From Candidatus Woesearchaeota archaeon (GTDB taxonomy: Archaea > Nanobdellota > Nanobdellia > Pacearchaeales > GW2011-AR1), in assembly GCA_964598635.1 (NCBI GenBank), contig CAZRCO010000001.1:1-52696 (forward strand): a DNA stretch of 52,696 bases, read 5' to 3'. Shown in pieces: positions 7,613 to 17,239 of this stretch. Numbering within the stretch: position 1 is the stretch's first letter; each line of letters opens with the position of its first letter. The notes below the pieces were generated by a model, which worked only from the letters and a program-made list of their open reading frames with translations, was not told the DNA's origin and searched no databases. The position numbers and the translations under genes were made by a program.

Positions 7613-10197
7613 TCTTCTATTAGTCTTAAATGTTCTTTGTGAATTCTTTTTAAAAATTCATGTTTATCTTCAATTCTTATTAAATCTGAATGCCCCTGCA
7701 ATATTAAACTTGTCGCAAAAGGACTTGGAATCTCAACTTTTTCAACTTTTACTTTTACTTCTCCTTCTTTTATCCACGTTATAACTTTCCCGGCATTATC
7801 AATATCCATCAAATCTTCCAGAACTTCTCTTCTTGCCTCTCTCAGGATTGGAAATTCATTTGTTATTCTTTTAACAGCATGCAATAAGAAATGACTTTTC
7901 ATCTGCTGTTTTCCAACAGTTTTGCTTCTTCCTTTATAACTTCTCAAAATCATTAATGAACGTGTAGCACAATGCCTGAATCTTCTTGCCAAAACATCAG
8001 TCCTTTCTATCGCCTCTTTCAAAACTTCTTCTAAGTTCTCAGGATTAAGATATCTCAATGCTCTATCAATATTTAAATCACTTCCAGATAAATAAAAACC
8101 ATTATCATTAATTCCTATTTCAACATCTCTCCCTCTCCTTTTACCAACCAAAAAACCTATTGCTCTTGACAATGCATCGTTAACCCTTCTTCCATACATG
8201 CTGTGAAAAATTAAATAATTCTTTCCTTTAACAGAATCTTCATAGGATTCAACTAACATCAAATCCTTATGTGGGATTCCCAGAAACCTGAACTGTTCAT
8301 TAAAATAATTATAAATCAAACCTGCTGTCTTTTCCTTGACATATAAATGCTCCATAATAAATTCCTCTATTTCCTTTCTTTTCTCTCCAAAAATTAATTT
8401 TTCATGAATCAGTTTTCTAAATTCATTAACTTCCAAAGCAGAATCAAAACTTAAAGGCAACATTTCTGAAAACCATGACGGAATTGTCGGAGAAAGTCTT
8501 TCTCCTGAAGAAACATAAAGATTCATCCCTCTCGTGTACCTGTAAACATATTTTTTCCCTCCAAGGACAAAAACATCTCCTTTTTTCATTCTCTCCAGAA
8601 AAGTTTCATCAATCACCCCAATTTGCTCACCAGAAGGAGCAAGTTTAACTGTAACAAAAGACTCGTCCGGGATTGTTCCTATATTTGTCATATATAAAAC
8701 TCTTGCCATTTTTCCTTTTTTACCAATTTGCTTTGTTCCTGCATCATACCAGATTTTTCCATAAACATGGTTCTTATCCAAATCATATTCTCCTGCAAGA
8801 TAGCTTATTATATCTAAAAAATCTTTTTTGGTTAGCTTAGAATAACAATAACTTTTCTTTATAGTTGAAAATAATTCATCCCTGTCCCAGATTTTGTAAA
8901 TAGCCATACCATAAATCTGTTGTGCCAAAACATCCAAACAGTTTCTAGGAAATCTCACTTTGTTAATTTTCTTTTCTACCATCTCTTTTTGTATAACGCT
9001 GCATTCAACCAAATCATCCCTGTCAGTTACAAGAAATCTGCCTTTTGCCGTTTCATGAAGTCTGTGTCCTGCCCTTCCCAATCTCTGCAAAGCCCTTGAA
9101 CTTGATTTGGGAGAGCCAATCATTAATACAAGATCAATATAACCAATATCAATCCCTAATTCCAGACTTGTAGAACATACCACCACTTTCAGTTTTCCTT
9201 TCCTTAATCTTTCCTCTATATCAAATCTATGTTTTCTGCTTAAAGAAGAATGATGTGCTGCAATATTATCATCACCATATTCTGTTGGGAATTTTTCTTT
9301 CAGATAATTAACAAGTCTTTCGGTAGCTGAACGGGTATTGGTAAAGATAAGTGTTGTTTTATGTTTTCTAATTAAAGCAGATAATAAATTATAAAAATTA
9401 GGAAAAATATTCTCGTCTTCAATTAAATCCTCAGCAGGAGTTAAAACCTCTATGTCAATTTTCTTAATCATAGGAACTCTTATTATACTCACCTCTCTTT
9501 CTTCAGATATACCAACAAGAAATTTTGAAACTTCTTCCATCGGCTCAATTGTAGCACTTAAACCAATTTTAACAGGAAAGATTTTGCTTACTTCATTTAA
9601 TCTTTCCAGGGTTATGCTCAGATAAGTTCCTCTTTTGTTATCCAATGAATGGATTTCATCAACTATACAAAACTCAACAGCTTTTAATTTTTCAACAAAT
9701 TTCTTGCTTGTAAGAATTATTGCCAGAGACTCAGGAGTTGTTACAAGAATATGGGGTGTGTATTTTGCCATCCTTGCCCTTTCTGATACTGTTGTATCTC
9801 CTGTCCTTAAGCCAATCCTTATCTCCTGAAGCTTAATTTTCTTTCCTTCTGCGATTTCTTGAATTTCTGCAAGAGGTTCTATAAGGTTTTTATGAATATC
9901 ATTACTCAAAGCTTTTAACGGAGAAGTATAAACTGCATAAATCTTGTCTTCAAGCTCATTTTTTTCCGCTAATATTACAAGATAATTAAGTATCGACAAA
10001 AAAGCAGTCAGGGTTTTTGTTCCTCCAGTAGGTGCTGAAATTAGAATATTCTTCCTTTTCCAAATGTTTAAAACACCATATCTTTGGGGTAGGGAAAAAT
10101 CTTCAAATTTTGAAAAAAACCATTCTCTAACTAAAGGATGCAGGACTTTTTTAATTGAATTACTATTTGCTTTCTCAGCTTCAATGATTTTTGTCAT
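7603..10197 (-). CDS. lhr: Lhr-type superfamily 2 DEAH-like helicase
   Basis: 864 aa. APTGGTKT (motif I), VDEIHS (motif II), LSATI (motif III), TSSLELGIDIG (motif V), QRLGRAGH (motif VI), and a long C-terminal Lhr-core-like region. Confidence 0.9.
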   Translation of the reverse strand: MTKIIEAEKANSNSIKKVLHPLVREWFFSKFEDFSLPQRYGVLNIWKRKNILISAPTGGTKTLTAFLSILNYLVILAEKNELEDKIYAVYTSPLKALSNDIHKNLIEPLAEIQEIAEGKKIKLQEIRIGLRTGDTTVSERARMAKYTPHILVTTPESLAIILTSKKFVEKLKAVEFCIVDEIHSLDNKRGTYLSITLERLNEVSKIFPVKIGLSATIEPMEEVSKFLVGISEEREVSIIRVPMIKKIDIEVLTPAEDLIEDENIFPNFYNLLSALIRKHKTTLIFTNTRSATERLVNYLKEKFPTEYGDDNIAAHHSSLSRKHRFDIEERLRKGKLKVVVCSTSLELGIDIGYIDLVLMIGSPKSSSRALQRLGRAGHRLHETAKGRFLVTDRDDLVECSVIQKEMVEKKINKVRFPRNCLDVLAQQIYGMAIYKIWDRDELFSTIKKSYCYSKLTKKDFLDIISYLAGEYDLDKNHVYGKIWYDAGTKQIGKKGKMARVLYMTNIGTIPDESFVTVKLAPSGEQIGVIDETFLERMKKGDVFVLGGKKYVYRYTRGMNLYVSSGERLSPTIPSWFSEMLPLSFDSALEVNEFRKLIHEKLIFGEKRKEIEEFIMEHLYVKEKTAGLIYNYFNEQFRFLGIPHKDLMLVESYEDSVKGKNYLIFHSMYGRRVNDALSRAIGFLVGKRRGRDVEIGINDNGFYLSGSDLNIDRALRYLNPENLEEVLKEAIERTDVLARRFRHCATRSLMILRSYKGRSKTVGKQQMKSHFLLHAVKRITNEFPILREARREVLEDLMDIDNAGKVITWIKEGEVKVKVEKVEIPSPFATSLILQGHSDLIRIEDKHEFLKRIHKEHLRLIEEWD

Positions 10198-10328
10198 GTT
10201 TCAGAAAAATTAATTAGGATATAAAGTTTAAATTGGTTTTGTTAAACAACAGTATTGAATAGGTTGTAAAAAGGATAATTACAAATATTAAAAATTAACT
10301 CCAAGGGGCGGTAATCTTAACAATACAA

Positions 10329-10607
10329 TCATCTGACTAATTTTTTTATATTTTCTATACTATCTGCAACTTCTCTACCCTTTTTGGTTAGCTTTATTAG
10401 TTTAACTCGCCCCTTTTTTTCAAAAACAACTAACCCTAAACTCTCCAAAACCTGCAGAATCTTCACGGCATGGCTATACGTGCAGTCCACTTCCTTAGCC
10501 AAAAGACTACCATATCTCATCCTTGTGTTCTTTTTAAGAAAAACCAACATCAAAGCTGGCTTCCTTCTGAAAAAAATGTCAAAATTATCCTTCATTTTGG
10601 AACACAT
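10329..10607 (-). CDS. Winged-helix transcriptional regulator (ArsR/MarR-like)
   Basis: 92 aa. LAKEVDCTYSHAVKILQVLESLGLVVFEKKGRVKLIKLTKKG has the HTH-plus-wing pattern. Confidence 0.55.
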   Translation of the reverse strand: MCSKMKDNFDIFFRRKPALMLVFLKKNTRMRYGSLLAKEVDCTYSHAVKILQVLESLGLVVFEKKGRVKLIKLTKKGREVADSIENIKKLVR

Positions 10608-10712
10608 ATGTTTTATTACATATATCCAGATAGGTATTTACTTTTAAATGTTTCGAAATAGTAAAATGGGGGATTCAAAACCTATAAAAACTTGTTTTCT
10701 TCCATTAAAATC

Positions 10713-13079
10713 ATGCTCCGTAAAAGACAAAGAAAATCACATGAACAAAAAATAGCTGAAGAATTCTTTCCTGTCGATAAAACAGATTTAAGATATTCCA
10801 TTGAAAAACCGTATAAAACCAAGGTTTCTCCACAACAGATTAATAAAAAACAAAGAAAATTCGGAAAAAAGAGAAGCAAAGAAAATATCTCAAAAAGGAC
10901 TCAAAGAAAAAAGGTAGAGTATAAATCAAAAAAAATTTCGTTAAAAAAAGGAGGATATGAGCTTATAATCACAGAGAAACCACAAGCTGCTTTGAAAATT
11001 GCCTCTGCTTTAGGAGAACCCTTAAAAAAGAACCCGAACCGAAATACAATACCTTATTATGAGCTTTCAAGGCAAGGAAAAAAAATAGTTGTGGCATGCA
11101 CTGTTGGGCATCTCTTTACATTAAATCAGAATTCTTCAGGTTCAGATATTCCTGTTTTTGATATTTCATGGGTTCCAAATTACTTAGTAAGAAAAAGGGA
11201 TTTTACAAAAAAATATCATGACACTTTACTGAAATTAGCAAAAAATGCAGGAAGCATAACAATTGCAACAGACTATGATGTTGAAGGAGAAGTTATAGGA
11301 TTAAATGCAACAAGATATATCTGCGGACAGGAAGACGCAAATAGAATGAAATTCTCCACACTTACAAAAAAAGAATTAGAAGAAGCATATAAAAATAAAT
11401 CCAAAACCTTAAACTGGGGGCAGGCAATTGCAGGAGAAACAAGGCATTATTTAGATTGGTTCTATGGTATAAATCTCTCCCGTGCATTGATGAATGCAAT
11501 AAAGTCCCTAGGAAAATTTAAAATAATGTCAATTGGAAGAGTGCAGGGACCAAGCCTGAACCTGATAGTTAAAAAAGAAGAAAAAATTCAGAACTTCAAA
11601 CCAAAAGCATATTGGCAGGTGTTCATAACCATAATAAATTCCCATAGATTAGAGTTAAAATATAACAAAGATATCTTTGATGAAAAAAAACTTGAGAAGT
11701 TTAAAGATCTTGTAGGAAAAACCGCAGAAGTAAGCACAAAAAAGACAGAACAAACTCTTTCTCCTCTTCCTCCGTTTAATTTAACTGCCCTGCAAATGGA
11801 ATCTTACAGAATATACGGAATAACTCCCGTAAGAACATTACAGATTGCTCAATCTCTTTATCTTTCCGGACATATTTCTTACCCAAGAACTTCCAGCCAG
11901 AAACTCCCTCCTTCAATTTCCTATAAAGAAATATTAACAAAACTTTCAAAACAATATGGGGTTGAAAGACTCATAAAAAGACAAAAGCCAGTGGAAGGTA
12001 AAAAAACTGATCCAGCCCATCCATCAATTTATCCAACAGGACAGAATCTAGATGGTATAAACAGTAAAAATAACGGGCTTTCTGTGGATGAACAAAAAAT
12101 ATATGATTTAATTGCTAAAAGATTCCTGGCATTATTCTGTGATGATGCAATAATTGACAACAAAAGAATTACCGCGAAAATTGATACTAATAAAAGGAAA
12201 GTTGATGGTCAAGGAAACCTTGGTGTCCTTACCTTTTTGGCAAAGGGTTCAATGATAAGGAAAAAATCATGGCTTGAATTCTATCCTTTAAAAACAAAAG
12301 AGCAAAATCTGCCTGACCTTGAAGGAGAGATGAAAATAATTAGTGTCAGAACCGAGGAAAAGGAAACTCAGCCACCAAAACGTTATACTCAAGCTTCAAT
12401 AATCTCAGAACTTGAAAAAAGAAATCTTGGAACAAAAGCGACAAGAGCTTCAATAATCCAGACTCTTTATGACAGGGGTTATATAAGAGAAAAAAGCATA
12501 CAAGCAACTTATTTAGGAATTTCCTTAATAAAGTCTCTGGAAAAGTATTCTCCTATAATAATTGATGAGAAATTAACAAGAAGCTTTGAAAAAGATATGG
12601 AAAATATTGAAAAAACCAGGAAGGATTTTGAAGAGAAGAAAAACAACGTCATTAAAAAAGCAAAAAAAACAATAACAGAAATTTCCCAGGATTTTAAAGA
12701 TAATGAAGAAGAAATCGGCAAAGAACTGGTAAAAGCAAATGAAAAAATCAGATTGCGGGAAAGAGAAGAAAACAAACTGAATATTTGTCCTGTCTGTAAA
12801 AAAGGAATTTTGACAATAATTTATTCTAAAAAAAATAAAAGGCAATTTGTTGCCTGTGACAAATACCCAGAATGTACTAATACTTACACTCTTCCTCCTA
12901 ATGGCTTAATAAAACCTTTAACGCCGAACAAGATCTGCGAAGAATGTGGTTTTCCATTACTAATGAGGATTTCAAAAGGAAAACGCCCATGGACTTTCTG
13001 CTTTAATCCTGAATGCCCGACAAACAAGGAAAGAATTGAGAAATATAAGAATAGGAAAGAGGAGAATAATAATTCTTAA
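10713..13079 (+). CDS. topA: Type IA DNA topoisomerase with polybasic N-terminal extension and C-terminal zinc ribbons
   Basis: TOPRIM motifs ELIITEKP and DYDVEGE, active-site SGHISYPRTSSQ, C-terminal CPVCKKG...CDKYPEC and CEECGF...CFNPEC. The track start at 10692 is a TTG. I prefer the ATG at 10713, which lies about 27 nt downstream of the TATA-like CCTATAAAAA (10681-10690). Confidence 0.9.
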   Translation: MLRKRQRKSHEQKIAEEFFPVDKTDLRYSIEKPYKTKVSPQQINKKQRKFGKKRSKENISKRTQRKKVEYKSKKISLKKGGYELIITEKPQAALKIASALGEPLKKNPNRNTIPYYELSRQGKKIVVACTVGHLFTLNQNSSGSDIPVFDISWVPNYLVRKRDFTKKYHDTLLKLAKNAGSITIATDYDVEGEVIGLNATRYICGQEDANRMKFSTLTKKELEEAYKNKSKTLNWGQAIAGETRHYLDWFYGINLSRALMNAIKSLGKFKIMSIGRVQGPSLNLIVKKEEKIQNFKPKAYWQVFITIINSHRLELKYNKDIFDEKKLEKFKDLVGKTAEVSTKKTEQTLSPLPPFNLTALQMESYRIYGITPVRTLQIAQSLYLSGHISYPRTSSQKLPPSISYKEILTKLSKQYGVERLIKRQKPVEGKKTDPAHPSIYPTGQNLDGINSKNNGLSVDEQKIYDLIAKRFLALFCDDAIIDNKRITAKIDTNKRKVDGQGNLGVLTFLAKGSMIRKKSWLEFYPLKTKEQNLPDLEGEMKIISVRTEEKETQPPKRYTQASIISELEKRNLGTKATRASIIQTLYDRGYIREKSIQATYLGISLIKSLEKYSPIIIDEKLTRSFEKDMENIEKTRKDFEEKKNNVIKKAKKTITEISQDFKDNEEEIGKELVKANEKIRLREREENKLNICPVCKKGILTIIYSKKNKRQFVACDKYPECTNTYTLPPNGLIKPLTPNKICEECGFPLLMRISKGKRPWTFCFNPECPTNKERIEKYKNRKEENNNS

Positions 13080-13273
13080 AAAGGAAGAAATGTATTATAA
13101 ATAATGGATAAGAATTATAATGGGGTTTCTTGGGAAGATGTTTACTCTAATGAAGAACTAAGAAAATCCACACAAATTGATGCCTATTTCTTCAGAGAAT
13201 GTGAAGTCAAATTAAGAAATGAGAAAAGAAAACAAGAAGCATTAGCAAGAAATTCTTTGGATAATTTAACTAC

Positions 13274-14488
13274 TTAAAACCATTCTGCTAATCTTCTTTG
13301 GGTATTAACCTGACTTAATATTTTGCTTCTGCTTAATATTTGTGCAGGATTGAAATTGTATTTTATTATGCCAACTTTTTTAGCACTTTCAATAAGTTCT
13401 TCTTTACTATTAAATTCTATTTTCCTGTTACTTAGGGCTTTTCTAACTGATTCGCGAACAACCCATACTCCCAAAGCAGCCCAATAACTTGGTGTTTCTA
13501 TTCTAATAGCTAAAACAGAACCTTGCCTTTTTACTTTATCAAGGTATTCCAAAATAGGAAGTCTTGAAGCATAATAACCCCCGCCTGTATTGGAAGCATA
13601 ACTTTTTCTCCCTTCAAAAGACTCAAAATCTGTCGCAGCCTTAATCTCCTGGCTTGGATTCCATGAGCTCCCTGGCAGATAAAGTTCAAAGAGTTCATAA
13701 CTCAATATTCCTGGAAAAAACAAAATAAGATAACAGTTTCCCATAAATTCCCCAAAAAAAAGCTCAAAATTTTCTATCTCCCTGTAACCTCTTATCTTTT
13801 TCAGCAAAAATTTTCCTATTGTATCATCTGTTGCAGTAATGCTCCACCTTGTAGGAACAAGCCTTTTATTTTTCTTCAGTCCAAGAACGCCAACACTTAA
13901 TATTTTGTTTAAAGTATATTCTCCAAAATTATTTTTATACAAATACTCAATTCCTTCAGAAGCCTTTATTTCATCATTAATAATCTTGTCAACTTTTCTA
14001 TCTATTTTTACATTTCCTGTTATTTTGGCTTTTTTTAAACTTCCCCTCATCCCCTGAGGAGTTACAATTCTGTCTTTTTTTCTTCCGACATTCAACCTGT
14101 TTTTCAGTTCAATTTCAACATCCACAGGCTTGGAAGCAACTGCAATTTCCTTGGCAATTTGTAAAAATTTTTGACTATTTTTACTTATTCTTACGTCCTG
14201 AACTTTTGACTGAAACCTTGAATTTAACAAACTATCTCTTAACTGAATAACATCAGTAATTTCAAAATTATTATCTGCCCAATATTTCTCATCATCATAA
14301 ATCCAGGCATCTTCATCTCTCTCCAAGGGGCTTAATATCCCAACATTTACTAAAGGATATCTAAGCTTACTGCCAACAAAAACACTTGGAGGAGAACTTG
14401 AGTCAAGTTTATTTATGTTTTTTAGTTCTCTAATTCTAAAATTAGCTTCAGCAAGTTTCTTAACAACTTCAAATCTAATATCATCCAT
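13274..14488 (-). CDS. nreA: Archaeal Nre-family DNA repair protein
   Basis: 404 aa. SPPSVFVGSKLRYPLVNVGILSP matches my memory of the Nre N-terminal signature. Recognised by recall only. Confidence 0.7.
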   Translation of the reverse strand: MDDIRFEVVKKLAEANFRIRELKNINKLDSSSPPSVFVGSKLRYPLVNVGILSPLERDEDAWIYDDEKYWADNNFEITDVIQLRDSLLNSRFQSKVQDVRISKNSQKFLQIAKEIAVASKPVDVEIELKNRLNVGRKKDRIVTPQGMRGSLKKAKITGNVKIDRKVDKIINDEIKASEGIEYLYKNNFGEYTLNKILSVGVLGLKKNKRLVPTRWSITATDDTIGKFLLKKIRGYREIENFELFFGEFMGNCYLILFFPGILSYELFELYLPGSSWNPSQEIKAATDFESFEGRKSYASNTGGGYYASRLPILEYLDKVKRQGSVLAIRIETPSYWAALGVWVVRESVRKALSNRKIEFNSKEELIESAKKVGIIKYNFNPAQILSRSKILSQVNTQRRLAEWF

Positions 14489-14530
14489 TTTAATCTTAAT
14501 AGTAGAAACTTCAAACTTTATATTTTTATA

Positions 14531-15196
14531 TCAAGTTAACTTTTTAAAAAACCCCTTTTCCCTTCTTACAAAAAAATCAAATTTGTTGTGTTTGTTATTC
14601 CTAACTAAGTTAAAATAAAGATTTCTCCATGCATGAAGAATACCAAAGTCATTAGAAGCCAATGCCGTGTCTCCTCTTTTTTGAGATAAAATCTTTCCTA
14701 AAATTAAAAAATTATAATCTGTATCACTTAATTCATATCCTTTTTGTAGCCTATCATATTCTTTTCTTTGGGTATTATATAATTCCAGCTCTTCTTCAGT
14801 TAATTTATCTAATCCAAGAATTCTACCTTGCCCTGAAAACATTTCAATCAGTCTCCTTATTTCTCTGCAACAATATCTTCTCTCTCTTAACAAATTTAAA
14901 ACTCCTTTATCTGAATGCGAGCCTCTTCTTCTAACAGCCTTCATATAAGGATAATGAGAAATTTCTGAATATTCATCACAAACTTCAGGAGTAATCCAAC
15001 ACGAATCTCCTCTCATAAGATGGTCCATCAATAAATTTCTAAAAAAATGTTCATCCTCTATCTTTTCTCTTTTTTCCTTACAAGTAAGAATGTCCTTATT
15101 GTATTTCATCCCATTTCCCATAACACAAGTATCTAATAAAAGAAAATCATATTCATTAGTCAGTTCTTCTAAAGTCCGTAAATTGTTCCAATTCAT
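14531..15196 (-). CDS. PIN-like nuclease-fold protein with Cys/His-rich insertion (hypothetical)
   Basis: FLLLDTCV (first acidic motif), ITPEVCDEY, LSDTDYNFLILG, and ALASNDFGI (C-terminal T/S-x-D motif). Confidence 0.4.
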   Translation of the reverse strand: MNWNNLRTLEELTNEYDFLLLDTCVMGNGMKYNKDILTCKEKREKIEDEHFFRNLLMDHLMRGDSCWITPEVCDEYSEISHYPYMKAVRRRGSHSDKGVLNLLRERRYCCREIRRLIEMFSGQGRILGLDKLTEEELELYNTQRKEYDRLQKGYELSDTDYNFLILGKILSQKRGDTALASNDFGILHAWRNLYFNLVRNNKHNKFDFFVRREKGFFKKLT

Positions 15197-15252
15197 CTAA
15201 AAAGAGGATAAAAATTAAGAAATATAAAGATTATTATCCAATAAAGAATATG

Positions 15253-15984
15253 TTATATCCATCCTTTTTTAAATACTCCTTTATTTTTTATCTCAAAAAA
15301 CATCTCTTTTTGGGGAAGACTTCGATGCTTTAATAAAATAGCTTTTTTCTTTCCCCTGTCGTTTCTTAATTCAATTATACATTTACTCCAATATTGAAAC
15401 AAATTTCCCCCAACAATATTAACTTTCCTTTCCTGACCTTTCTTTATTTCTTCTTCAGGTAAAAACTCTGTGTAAACCTGATTTGTGATAATAATCGGAA
15501 TTCTCTGACTTCTTGAAATTTCAGCCAAAATCCTCATCTGCTTTGCCACTTCCCTGTTAACTTCCCTGATTTTTTCATCATCCCTGGACTTAACCGCATC
15601 TCCGAACTCAAGTCTGTAAAGCATAGCCATCCCATCAACAATAATAAGGTTTATTTTTCCTTTTTTAACTTGGTTTAAAAGTTTTTCAAAAACCCCTTTT
15701 TGCTCATTGAAACTTACGGGAGAGAAAATTACAATATTTTTCAAAATTTCTTCGTAATTCTCCCCAACAATCTGCCTAATCCTTTCAATACTAAACCCCC
15801 CCTCTGTATCTATAAAAATTACTTTGTTACCTTTTCTTGCCTGACTGCATGCGACAAGGATTGTAAAATTTGTCTTCCCGCTTCCAGGGGGACCGGCAAT
15901 CATAGTTATAACATCGTTTTCATAACCCCCATAAAGCCATTTATTAAAATCATAACTTCCTGTTGAAATTTTGTTCTTACTCAT
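15253..15984 (-). CDS. radB: RadB recombinase paralog (RadA/RecA family)
   Basis: 243 aa. Walker A GPPGSGKT, Walker B LIIVDG, and no N-terminal HhH domain. Confidence 0.85.
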   Translation of the reverse strand: MSKNKISTGSYDFNKWLYGGYENDVITMIAGPPGSGKTNFTILVACSQARKGNKVIFIDTEGGFSIERIRQIVGENYEEILKNIVIFSPVSFNEQKGVFEKLLNQVKKGKINLIIVDGMAMLYRLEFGDAVKSRDDEKIREVNREVAKQMRILAEISRSQRIPIIITNQVYTEFLPEEEIKKGQERKVNIVGGNLFQYWSKCIIELRNDRGKKKAILLKHRSLPQKEMFFEIKNKGVFKKGWI

Positions 15985-16040
15985 AGTATCTAAAAATCTC
16001 AGGAATTAATAAGAATTATTATAGTCAATTTTCTATTTCT

Positions 16041-16304
16041 TTATTCCAACTTCTTGAAATCTTTTTCGAATTTTTCCAAATCCTTAGTTATAGCAGAAAC
16101 AGCATCATTTATTGCTTTCTTGGCAGTTTTGCCTTTTGTTTGAACTTTTAGTATCGGCCTTTTTGTCGGATGCTCTCTTCTCCACGCCACAAAACTTACT
16201 CCTGTGTTCTTATTCAAATAAACCCTGAGAATTTCTGCAATTGTCAGATTTTCAACCTCCATTTCTAACTCATCCTTTGAACTCTTAAGAATATTAATTT
16301 CCAT
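16041..16304 (-). CDS. rpoL: DNA-directed RNA polymerase subunit Rpo11 (L)
   Basis: 87 aa. ELEMEVENLTIAEILRVYLNKNTGVSFVAWRREHP is the Rpo11/RpoL pattern. Confidence 0.8.
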   Translation of the reverse strand: MEINILKSSKDELEMEVENLTIAEILRVYLNKNTGVSFVAWRREHPTKRPILKVQTKGKTAKKAINDAVSAITKDLEKFEKDFKKLE

Positions 16305-16430
16305 AATATTTGAACTCGTTTAATTAACACAAAAACTCGAAGAGTTTAAATGCTTGGAAATCTTTGATTTCCATAGAAAGAATTCTTTATTTAAATTTAT
16401 AAAGATTGCGTTTTTTGTAAATTTCAGAAA

Positions 16431-17186
16431 TCACCAACTCCAGAAAAATCTTTTCTTTTTTCCTTCTTTAATGGCTTTCATTTCTTTAATTTCTTTCAAA
16501 TCAGCAATTGTCAGATTTTCAGAATTCAATAAATCAAAATTTATTTCTGCCCCATTTTCATTAAAATTCCCATCAAGATTTTCATCAGCCTCTCCCGGCT
16601 CTGGAACATTTAAAACTGATTCCTCTTTAAATTCATCTTGTTCAGCGCTTGGCTCAGCAGGTTGTTTTTTTGTAATCTTTATTCCTAAACAACTTTCAAT
16701 TTTTTTAATTAAATTTTCTGGATTATTAGGAACAACACCCTGCTCCATTGTCCTAATTGCAATTTCAGGAACAGATATTGCCTCTGCTAACTGCTTCTGT
16801 GTAAGATGTTTAATTCTCCTTGCTCTCATAATAATCCAGTGAAAATTTCTTATTAAACCAGAGTCCTGAGGAGGATTAATATCTTTCAAGTCTCTTTTAA
16901 AATTCTCTTCTACAATACTTCTTAGATTTAATTCCTGTTTTAGTAATTCCTCACTTTTCAATTTTTTTTCGCGCATTTTCTCTGGACTTAATCCTGAAAG
17001 GGAAGAAAGACGTTCGTAAACTGTTTGTTTTTTCTCTGGTTTTTCCGTAAAATGGTTAATTTTAACTAAAGGCGGGTCTTCCTGAAAAAAACAATTTTTG
17101 CATACCTTAACAATCCCTTCATTTGAAATAACATCAAACAGCAATGCTTCACTCTCTGAAACCCCGCATATAAAACATTCATCCAT
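16431..17186 (-). CDS. Zinc-ribbon plus Cro/C1-type HTH protein (MBF1-like architecture) with acidic C-terminal tail
   Basis: CFICG...(22 aa)...CKNC, then IMRARRIKHLTQKQLAEAISVPEIAIRTMEQG (an XRE-type HTH). Confidence 0.5.
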   Translation of the reverse strand: MDECFICGVSESEALLFDVISNEGIVKVCKNCFFQEDPPLVKINHFTEKPEKKQTVYERLSSLSGLSPEKMREKKLKSEELLKQELNLRSIVEENFKRDLKDINPPQDSGLIRNFHWIIMRARRIKHLTQKQLAEAISVPEIAIRTMEQGVVPNNPENLIKKIESCLGIKITKKQPAEPSAEQDEFKEESVLNVPEPGEADENLDGNFNENGAEINFDLLNSENLTIADLKEIKEMKAIKEGKKKRFFWSW

Positions 17187-17239
17187 CCAAAAAGGAGAAT
17201 ATACCTATTTTTTAAGATTTTTATAGTGGAGTGATAGTA

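Noticed and set aside
7296-7784. Long antisense ORFs overlapping strongly supported genes. Examples: 7296..7784, 16354..16842, 21177..21569, 31313..31741, 40296..40748, 47013..47531, 29404..29733 and 42681..43058.
   Set aside because: All lie opposite genes with clear conserved motifs. Their sequences are low-complexity and rich in Ser, Phe, Leu and Ile, as expected for the reverse frames of AT-rich, Lys/Glu-rich coding DNA.
13103-13277. Small + strand ORFs in the topA-nreA gap. MDKNYNGVSWEDVLL* and MFYSNEELRKSTQIDAYFFRECEVKLRNEKRKQEALARNSLDNLTT* would join into one 57-codon ORF if one T of the TTTT run at 13140-13143 were removed.
   Set aside because: Both are very short, have no recognisable motif, and the 3' end overlaps the nreA stop region. 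There is not enough evidence to call a gene or a pseudogene. Read support at the T-run would be needed.
16356-16372. Perfect hairpin GGAAATC-TTT-GATTTCC between the HTH gene and rpoL
   Set aside because: A short AT-rich palindrome in a 126-nt intergenic region could be a terminator or an operator. A 7-bp stem in AT-rich DNA is not distinctive enough to call.
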